Positions 1-9,070 of a stretch of DNA of 24,461 nt are shown in pieces; the stretch's first letter is position 1; each line of letters begins with the position of its first letter. Position numbers and translations under genes: made by a program. This DNA comes from Octopus sinensis (lineage: Eukaryota), in assembly GCF_006345805.1 (NCBI RefSeq), contig NW_021836408.1:1-24461 (forward strand), in the 5' to 3' direction. A model generated the notes under the pieces. The model was not told where the DNA came from, did no database searches, and saw only the letters and a program-made list of their open reading frames with translations.

Positions 1-344
1 TCACATTAATAAGAAGGAAAAACAATATTTTCCAAGCGATGCTAATTAATTTTTTGCAGAAAATTTGAGTAGCTTAGCAACATGTGTCTATCCAAAACGC
101 ACATATATATATATTATCTACGCATGTACTTTCGTATATATACCCAATATTTGTTTCTTAATATCTTTTAGTTATAACATCTCTACCTACATTATTAAAA
201 TGGCTACATTGCCAATTTGACACAAACTACGAAACTATATTACGTTAAGAATTTATTTGCAAAATGCAAATACATAAAGATAAGCACAAACCCACTCCAA
301 TATAACACAACACACACAACCCACAACCACACATATATATATGC

Positions 345-382
<38 letters not shown>

Positions 383-385
<3 letters not shown>

Positions 386-505
386 ATTTTATAGAAGGAG
401 CTTCTACAGGACTAGAACTGTTTCATTCAAAAGAAATCATCAGGAAGCTCTATGTATTGAGTACCTTATTTACTGTGGTTAACCCCGACTCAACCCGGGA
501 CCTAC
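383..505. mobile_element. Short HHR-bearing Penelope-like/non-autonomous insertion, copy A, between (TA)n tracts
   Basis: 383-450 matches the reverse complement of the 4106-4174 segment and 452-505 matches 4189-4240 (atgtattgagtaccttatttactgtggttaac...cccgggacctac); flanked by (TA)n on both sides. Penelope assignment is inferred from the HHR. Confidence 0.6.
398..450 (-). ncRNA. Type I hammerhead ribozyme motif (GUA cleavage site)
   Basis: Minus strand reads GAGCUUC-CUGAUGA-U UUC UUUU GAA U-GAAACAG-UUCUAGUC-CUGUA-GAAGCUC: 7-bp stem I, canonical core, 3-bp stem II with a U.U closing pair, 4-bp stem III, GUA triplet. Confidence 0.72.
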
Positions 506-537
<32 letters not shown>

Positions 538-640
538 TATATATACATACATACATCATACATACATACATACATACATACATACATACATACATACATA
601 CATACATACACACATACATTCATACATACATTCATACATA
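505..640. repeat. (TA)n/(TACA)n compound microsatellite
   Basis: Directly visible. Confidence 0.95.
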
Positions 641-760
641 TAGCATGTTTCAAAAGTCTGTGTCATATTACTGCCCTGTATATCTTAATGACTATTGAAG
701 GTATCAAAGGACAATTTATATTTCCTGAAAGCCGATATTTCCACGTTTCTATTCAGGTTT

Positions 761-1393
761 TTACAGGTGTTCAATGTGAGCGCCGCGCGTTAAACTACAA
801 ACATCCAAAAGATAATCGAATTCCTGCCCAACTCGACCAAGCTTGACGTTGCCGACGGTTGCCAAGGCTTCAGTGATTCGAGTTTTCAGATCATTCACGT
901 CTCTAGGAAGGGGAGGTACTTACACGAGTCCTTTCACATACCACCAGATGAAGAAATCACATGATGCGAGGTCTGGAGATCGAGGTGGCCATCGCAGGTA
1001 CACGCGATCAGTCTGTCCGAAACGTCCGACCCATCTGTCAGGTAGAGTGGCGTTCAGATACTGTTTACCTTTAAGACTCCAGTGAGGTGGTGTCTCATAT
1101 TGTTAGAAGTCTCCTCCTCATGCAATATTTACAGCAACAAGTTTTGCATCATGGCAAGGTACGCTTTGCCATAGACTGTACCTTATTCAAAGAACAATGG
1201 TCCTTATACACGTTTCAAGGAGAATCTTGCACGTTCTCAAGCTTTACATCGGGGTTCTCAGTTCCCCATATGCGTGCCTTATGCTTGTTAAATTTTCCGC
1301 TAACGTTGAAGGTCACCTCATAGCTAAAACCAAGCCGGTCATCAAATCCGTGTTCTTCCAATCTCTCTAGCAATTTCTGTGCAAAATTCCTGG
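761..1393 (-). pseudogene. Decayed Tc1/mariner transposase, rosa/DD41D-like, C-terminal half
   Basis: Manual minus-strand translation gives FSYEVTFNVSGKFNKHKARIWGTENP...GPLFFE*GTVYGKAYLAM...F*QYETPPHW...WVGR...WPPRSPDLASCDFFIWWYVK...DLKTRITEA...GAHIEHL*, matching the FSDEATF / QQDGAPPH / WPPRSPDLTPCDFFLWG motifs; several stops and frameshifts. A possible degenerate TIR (tatagcatgtttcaaaag) lies near 639-656. Confidence 0.88.
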
Positions 1394-1494
1394 TTGTATG
1401 TGTGTGTGAGTGTGTGTGTATGTGTGTATGTGTGTATGTGTGTGTGTGATTGTGTGCGTATGTGTCTGAGCTTGTGTGTGTGTATGTATGTTTA

Positions 1495-1660
1495 TGTGTG
1501 TGTATTCTTGTGTCTTTGTTTCTTCCCCTCTATCACCACTTCACAACTGGTGTTGGTGTGTTTGCGTCCCTGTATGCTAGCGGTTCGGTAGAAGAAACCA
1601 ATAGAATAAGAACTAGGATTAAAAATAAATCCTGGGGTATATTTGTTCGTCTAAAACACT
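1495..1660 (+). mobile_element. 3' half of tRNA-derived SINE (same family as 1895-2305)
   Basis: tggtgtgttt.cgtccc.gt...tagcggttcgg.a.aaga.acc.atagaataa matches 2135-2195; preceded by a (TG)n tract like the family's internal one. Confidence 0.65.
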
Positions 1661-1894
1661 TCGAGCCAACGCTCCCGCACGGCGGGCTGTCCAATAAAAA
1701 AGTTTCACCTGATGAGGTATTCCAAAGGCTGGACTGTCATCAACGAACCCTTCGCATTTCGAATCAACGCAGATATGTAAGTAGCTTGTGTTATTATTAA
1801 ATACGATAATATAAGCTACTGAAACAAAATTGTAGTGATATAGCAATGTTTATTGTTAAATAAATTCATCAATTTTCTCTATAATCCATATATA

Positions 1895-2305
1895 GGCGCA
1901 GGAGTGGCTGTGTGGTAAGTAGCTTACTAACAATCCACATGGTTCCGGGTTCAGTCCCACTGCGTGGCATCTTGGGCAAGTGTCTTCCCCGGGCCGACCA
2001 TTGCCTTGTGAGTGGATTTGGTAGACGGAAACTGAAAGAAGCCTGTCGTATATATGTATATATATGCATATGTATGTATGCGTATGTGTTTGCGTGTCTG
2101 TGTTTGTCCCCCTAGCATTGCTTGACAACCGATGCTGGTGTGTTTACGTCCCCGTCACTTAGCGGTTCGGCAAAAAGAGACCGATAGAATAACTACTGGG
2201 CTTACAAAAGAACAAGTCCCAGGGGTCGAGTTGCTCGATTAAAGGCGGTGCTCCAGCATGGCCGCAGTCAAATGACTGAAACAAGTAAAAGAATAAAAGA
2301 GAGAG
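1895..2305 (+). mobile_element. tRNA-derived SINE with CORE-like segment and internal microsatellite
   Basis: A-box-like tggctgtgtggt, B-box-like ggttcagtccc, CORE-like cttgggcaagtgtc, internal (TA)/(TG) tract, 3' end ...gctccagcatggccgcagtcaaatgactgaaacaagtaaaagaataaaag; related copies at 1495, 5935 and 17147. Confidence 0.85.
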
Positions 2306-2328
2306 TAAAGAGTATATTTATACACACT

Positions 2329-2360
<32 letters not shown>

Positions 2361-2380
2361 CACATATATATATATACATA

Positions 2381-2630
2381 TTGGGTTGGTGCATAATTAT
2401 TGCGACTTTTTTCGACAAATTTTATTCAACAAAAGCAATAAAAACATGTAACAAAAATATCTTTCAATGATTATTCCGGAGCATATTCAACATCTACTTC
2501 AATTACTGCTTCACATTTGCTTGGTAGACGATCAGAATAATCATTTAAAGATGTTTTTGTTAAATATTGTTATTGTTTTAGTTAATAACATTTGTTGAAA
2601 TAAAAGCTGCAATAATTATGCACAACCTAA
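2381..2630 (-). mobile_element. 250-bp internally deleted mariner (MITE-like), Hsmar1/cecropia-like TIRs
   Basis: TA-flanked TIRs ttgggttggtgcataattattgc / gcaataattatgcacaacctaa; internal minus-strand remnant DRLPSKCEAVIEVDVEYAPE* resembles a mariner transposase C-terminus. Confidence 0.85.
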
Positions 2631-2762
2631 TATATATATATATATATATAATATATATATATATATTGTAGCACAAAATATAGGAGCACAGTTCGATTTG
2701 TTTTTTGCTTCCGCCTCTGTTCTATAATATATGTAGTATGTATACATGTATGTATGTATGTA

Positions 2763-2814
<52 letters not shown>

Positions 2815-3043
2815 TAGATATATATATATCTAATATATATATATATTATGTGTGTGTGGTAATGATAAAATATTACTTATATGTGTATATATGTATATGA
2901 TATGATATACATATTTATATATGTATGTATATGTATACATATATATATATATATATATATCATATACATATATACACATATAAGTAATATTTATACATAC
3001 ACATACACACACATATAGAGGGATAGATTGATATAAATACAGC

Positions 3044-3048
3044 TGTGC

Positions 3049-3079
<31 letters not shown>

Positions 3080-3080
3080 T
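3044..3080. repeat. Alternating purine-pyrimidine tract (GC)8(GT)9
   Basis: Directly visible. Confidence 0.95.
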
Positions 3081-3332
3081 AAGTGTATCACTGCCCAAGA
3101 GCTAGCACGTACGATCACTGACAATATGCAATATCAAAACCGAGCGATACAAGATTTATGTAATAAGATACTTTTCGAAAAATCACCTGAGAAGACACTG
3201 CTACGCCGCGGGATGCACCGCAACAAGCTTCACAGTTGACGCTCTTGGAGGATCGGTGCAAGACAGGTCGAAACGATCGTTGTGAGCAATGACGTTTTTC
3301 ACATATTCCATTTTCGTTTCTGCCATTTGTTA

Positions 3333-3364
<32 letters not shown>

Positions 3365-3476
3365 ATCAATTATAGATATGGGGTAAAAAAATTATTAATT
3401 TAGAATATATATATTTTACCAAGTAGTTTCTGTATAGAAAAGAACCATATTCGATAAAAATCTATACAAGAAGTTT

Positions 3477-4030
3477 TATATATAATTATAACAATAATTA
3501 AGGTTTTGGCAACAAGTTGCTTCACCACATACAGAAAATATAGAAATAGCAGCCAAAAGACCGTTATTTCTTTTCGTTACAAAATATGACTCCACAGATA
3601 ACATTATCTGTAACTCACACAGATAAAAAAGGAAAATAATGAAAACAAATAGTCCTCGATTAATTATGGACGCGTTTCTGGATGAGAATTATAAAGATTC
3701 ATTTCCTTTATCAACATAATATTTCGAGAATTATAAATTTGAAAATGCTAGAAAGCTTCCTCTTTGTATTTCTGATCAAGCGCCATCAGAACATATGCAC
3801 AAGGCAGTTAGCATATCCGAAATTATATAGACGAGTGAAATTCATTTTTACCACGTGCGCCACGAGACATCTGTGTGAGTTACAGATAATGTCATATTTT
3901 GTAGCGAAAATATGTGTAGTCATATTTTGTAGCGAAAAGAAATAGCGGTCTTTTGGCTGTTATTTCTAAATTTTTCTGTATGTGGTGAAGCAACTTGTCA
4001 AACCCTTAATTATTGTTATAATTATATATA
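3477..4030. mobile_element. Inverted-repeat element (arms 3477-3625 and 3869-4030) enclosing an HHR-like motif; probable Penelope-like insertion with a 5' inverted copy
   Basis: tataattataacaataattaagg...gtaactcacacagat is reverse-complemented at 3869-4030; the right arm has a 20-bp internal duplication (gtcatattttgtagcgaaaa at 3891 and 3919). Confidence 0.7.
3653..3730 (-). ncRNA. Variant type I hammerhead motif with U3-A8 core (UUGAUAA ... GAAAC GC GUC)
   Basis: Minus strand: stem I 6 bp (AUUAUG/CAUAAU) + 3x3 internal loop + 7 bp; core UUGAUAA; stem II GG/CC + AUGA/UCAU with A.A at 10.1/11.1; palindromic ACGCGU stem III; GUC triplet. Confidence 0.55.
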
Positions 4031-4046
4031 CATATATATATATATT

Positions 4047-4240
4047 TTTATTTTATAGAAGGAGCTTCTACAGGACTAAACTGTTTCATTCAAATGAAAT
4101 CATCAGGAGCTTCCTGATGATTTCATTTGAATGAAACAGTTCTAGTCCTGTAGAAGCTCCTTCTATAAAATAAATTATTTACTCTGCCATGTATTGAGTA
4201 CCTTATTTACTGTGGTTAACTCGATCAACCCGGGACCTAC
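4047..4240 (+). mobile_element. HHR-bearing Penelope-like insertion, copy B, with a 128-bp palindrome (4047-4174) and 3' tail
   Basis: Arms 4047-4108 and 4112-4174 pair perfectly except one 1-nt bulge; loop gct; tail 4189-4240 shared with copy A; (TA)n on both flanks. Confidence 0.7.
4106..4160 (+). ncRNA. Type I hammerhead ribozyme motif (predicted cleavage after A4152)
   Basis: GGAGCUUC-CUGAUGA-U UUC AUUU GAA U-GAAACAG-UUCUAGUC-CUGUA-GAAGCUCC: 8-bp stem I, canonical core, 4-bp stem III with a CUAG-containing loop. Confidence 0.75.
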
Positions 4241-4371
4241 ATATATATATATGTATATATATATTATATATATATTATATATATATATGTATGTATATAT
4301 GTTGTTATATATATATATATATATATATTATATATTATGTATGTATGTGTTATATATATATACACACGCAC

Positions 4372-4429
<58 letters not shown>

Positions 4430-5032
4430 CGTCATATATATATATACATATGCATATATACATATATATACATATAGTATATATATTTAAATATATTTTA
4501 CGTAAATACGTACATACATATGCGTAGCGCACATATAGACACACGTTTTTGTTAGGTGTCGCTGGCAAAGATGGCAGTTTGTTTGTCTTTTAATCTAAGC
4601 GTCGTACGTGTGATTCGGTTTGCACTGCCACTTTTAACAATGCCATTGGCATCACCATTATCCCCACCACCACCGCCACCAACATCGTCTGCATTAACCA
4701 TCCCCATCACCAGCCCCTCGGCTTCACTATTAGCCTCGCTATCACCTATACCATTACTATCACACAATTATATATCTACGTGAGTAGCCAGACTTACGTC
4801 CATACATGCTGTTACTTGTTAACATGTAAACATACACACCATCTAGCAAAACACAGACATACATATATGTGTGTGTGTTTGTGTGTGTGTGTGTGTAAAT
4901 ATAAGTATATATATGCATATACATATACATATTTATATATATACATGCATATACGTATATATATGTATATATGCATATAGGTATATATATGTGTGTGTGT
5001 CTATATGCATATATATATATATATGTATATAC

Positions 5033-5071
<39 letters not shown>

Positions 5072-5105
5072 ATTATTGCATGCATTTATATGAATCTCTC
5101 TCTCT

Positions 5106-5141
<36 letters not shown>

Positions 5142-5206
5142 GATATATATATATATATATATATGTATATAGGTATATATACGTGTGTATATATACGTGT
5201 GTAATA

Positions 5207-5256
<50 letters not shown>

Positions 5257-5425
5257 CATATACATATATATATCACATACATATATATGAATGTAATATG
5301 TATATATTATATATATATATATACATACATATACATATATTATCACATACATATATAGGAATGTATATATGTATATATATGTATATATGTATATATGTAC
5401 GCACACACATACGCACACACACACA
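4241..5425. repeat. Long low-complexity block: (TA)n, (TG)n, (CT)n, with a (CCA)-rich stretch at ~4620-4760
   Basis: Directly visible. Confidence 0.9.
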
Positions 5426-5741
5426 TTAGGTTTAAGGTCGGTTTTCAGTCGCTTCTAGAGCATCTCTTTTTTTACGAAATCGTGGCTGATGTTTCAATAT
5501 TAAATATGTTCTGTTGACGAGTAAGAGGAGGAGGTATTTTTATTACATTACTGATATTCTGTTTATCAAACACTAAATGGATATATGGAGTGATGCAAAC
5601 AAAGTGAGGCGTCATAGCGTCTCTCAGATGAGATGTTAGCTACATCTTGAAGTGTCATTTCATAAACTCTGTAACGTTCGCTGACATCAATAAAGTAAAT
5701 ACCACACACACACACAACCCTGTATTTGTCTGACTCTCCCT

Positions 5742-5775
<34 letters not shown>

Positions 5776-5934
5776 ATCTAACTATCTATCTATCTAGCTA
5801 TCTACCTCTCTCTCTCTCTATACATATATATATATATATCACAGACTTATAAGTATTTATGCACGCCTGCATGCATGTATGTATATGTGCATATGTCTAT
5901 GCACACCTGCAAATACTTGTGAATATGTATCTTT

Positions 5935-6005
5935 TAAGGTTTATAATTTGACTGCGGCCAGGCTGGAGTGCCGTCTTGAAGAGTTGTAGTCGATTCCACG
6001 ACTTA
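5935..6005 (-). mobile_element. 3' fragment of the 1895-type SINE, antisense
   Basis: Reverse complement ...cggcactccagcctggccgcagtcaaat matches 2246-2272. Confidence 0.65.
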
Positions 6006-6189
6006 TTTATTTTCCTGTTTTCCTTTTTGTTTGTCCAAGTTAGGGGCCAAGTAATTGAAGAGAAGAATAATTCACGAAAATTTTATTCGCGAAGATATCA
6101 TTAATTTGGCGATTTAAATAAGAGCTTTGCCTGTTATTTCCAGCCGGCAGACATACTTAGTATTAATTTACATAAATTAATAAAAGGAC

Positions 6190-6251
6190 ATACTAATATA
6201 TATATATAAGTGTGTATGTGTATAAATATATATATACATACATATACATAT

Positions 6252-6297
<46 letters not shown>

Positions 6298-6388
6298 TTA
6301 TATATGTATATACATATATATATCATATATATATATAACATACATATATACACATATGTATATATATATACGTATATAATATATAGAT

Positions 6389-6436
<48 letters not shown>

Positions 6437-6625
6437 TGTATATATATGTCTATACATATATATATACATATATATATATATACATACAATATAACATATA
6501 TGTATATATATCTACGTATATATATATAGATATATATCATTATATATAATATATATATATAATCTGTATCTAATAACTATATACATACATATATATATAT
6601 ATATATACATCATACCACATATATA
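6190..6625. repeat. (TA)n-based compound microsatellite
   Basis: Directly visible. Confidence 0.95.
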
Positions 6626-8589
6626 AGTGGTTCGTCTCCCGCAGGACACCGATTCTTCTCAGCTCTAACCGTGTTCCACCTTGCAAATCTTTTATGTTCT
6701 TTTGTTTTTGTATTTTGTCTGTTTTGTCTTCTCTTGTCTTTTTTTTTTATTCGTTTGTCCCTTAGAAAGCCTGCGTTTAGTATATCCACGTTAAGTAAGA
6801 TACAAAGATTGTTATTCGGTACTAATACTACGCCCCTTGCTAACAACGAATTATCACCCTGCCTACCAAGTTTCAGTGATACCAGTGACTGATTAAGTAA
6901 CTGTTTTTCTTCATATCAAGAGGTGCAAAATTTGTCTCAACATGGAGTTAACAATGGCCGCTAGACTATAGATAAAGTGCAATGACACATAAATAACGTG
7001 ATCTAGCAATTCCCACTCCACGCTACTGGATAGTTTTCGTCTGCCCCTAATATACTTCTGTGCTTTTTATCTCTACACGTCTAGAAGAGGTAACTTCTCG
7101 ATACAAATACCACATCATTGTGGCCTTCTTTTAGTATATCCACGTTAACAAGATATGCAGGTTGCTAATACTGCTTTCGTCACTAATAAGGAGTATATAT
7201 GCTATATGTATTTGTGTATTTCTGTGTATGTCTTTATATATGTATTTATGTGTGTGTGTGTGCGTGTGTGTGTCTGTGTGTGTGCGTGTTTATGTATGTG
7301 AGCATGTATATGTATGTAAGCAAACTGGCTTCCGTATTGCTTACAGCTGTAAGATTTCACTGACAACTCGAGGCTAAAGTAGAAGCCATTTTAGCAAAGC
7401 TGTTTTACACACACACACACACACACAAACACACATACACAAACACACACAAGCAAACAAACAGACACACACACACACACACACACACACACCATATATA
7501 TATATGTGTATGTATATGTATTTATACAATATATTTTATGTATATATATGGTATATACGTATGTATACATACATATATATGTAAGAATGTGTATATATAT
7601 ATGTGTGTGTGTGTGTATGTATGTTCATATATAGTTTACTTTATCCTCCATTCTTTTCATGTGTTAATCTCTACCTCTCCTTTTACACTTACGCACGTAT
7701 GTAGACGCACACACATGCACACATGCACACAAATGCACGCACATGCGTACACATATATGTATTACCACATAAGTACAATTCTATATATTTATCCTTTTAG
7801 CTAGTTTTATATATAAACAGATACTTACACACACAAACAAATATACGAACATATAGCTAGTTGAGTAGCGCTAGATGATGTTGACACCAGTATGCCCTTG
7901 ATGGATGAAGAGAAAACAGGATTCCTCTCAACGGATATGTCATTCATTAGAGCGTTTTGCCTGGTCATACTTGCTTTTTAAGCAACGATAAACAGTACCA
8001 TCACTACAACGATCAAGACACAATTATCAGATGTCTTTATACGTCATTTGTACACGAAACTCGACATGAATGATGAACAGATTAGCATAGCGCAATTCAA
8101 ATTACCCAGTAATTACACTGAATTTATTCCAATAATATTACCGGCAATACAATGTTAGATCACCGTAAGGGATTTCTCTCACCATAAAGCCTAGGACAAT
8201 CGAAAATGATTCGTACGAGGTTCCATAGATACTCTGCTGTTATTATTTATTCAATAATGTCTTGCAGGGTTCACGATATTATTAGGCCTTGAATTGAGAT
8301 TTTCAATTGGGCTGTAGTTTATCCAGCAAGAATTGTTTCCGATGATGGTAATTAGAAAGTATCTCGGATCTTCGGTACAGTGAAGGAAGCGTGGCAGAAA
8401 AGTACATGCATATTAAGTTTGTTTTGAAGATACTGGCATTTATTGCAATTGCTGTTTAATCTTAGGTCAGCTGTGATTGAGGAGGTCTGTAATATTATAT
8501 TATAAGTATTATCATTGAGTGCAAGAGCAGTGCATGGCATCAAAGAGACACTGAGTAAAATATACAAAGCCCAATATTACTCATCATGA

Positions 8590-9070
8590 CTACCTGTCTG
8601 ATAAGTGTACACCAGGCACATGTATCACAACCATATACCTGCAACATGGTAATCTCACATAAAGCGCATGACGCTGCAGGTTAGGCCCAGTTAAAACTTT
8701 CTTCGGATCACGTACCCCATCCCGCTCAAAAGGTCCTTAAATAGGGGTTGTGTAAGAATGTTTGACACCTATGTTTGCGAAGGTGAATTATCCAAACCCC
8801 AAGAAATTCCTCACAACACATAGCTATGATGCTGCCCCACTACTTCTGCTCGTGATCAGAGACGCACATATCGTCAGCCACCAAGGGGCATGCTCAACTG
8901 GTTAAGATCAAACAAGTGACTAGCACAAATGGCTATGATATTGAGCAGAGTATTTGCTGCAGCCTATCTCTTATACAAAGACAAAACAATGTCCATGATA
9001 GCATTTCCAATCAGTTGAGATGAGAAGCCATGAGATCCACTGCCTGGTACTGCATCAGGATATTTATTAT
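8590..9070 (+). mobile_element. Probable retroposed interspersed repeat ending in an (ATT)n tail
   Basis: More GC-rich block ending ...cactgcctggtactgcatcagga directly before (ATT)n. It resembles a cephalopod repeat from memory only; the family and left boundary are uncertain. Confidence 0.35.

Noticed and set aside
1710-1760. CUGAUGA at 1710
   Set aside because: No downstream GAAA or stem III at a compatible distance.
5600-5660. CAGAUGA followed by a GAUGU/ACAUC hairpin
   Set aside because: No GAAA after the hairpin and no stem I.
8260-8352. Possible plus-strand exon (ttgcag ... gatg/gtaatt)
   Set aside because: Stops in all three frames and a weak donor.
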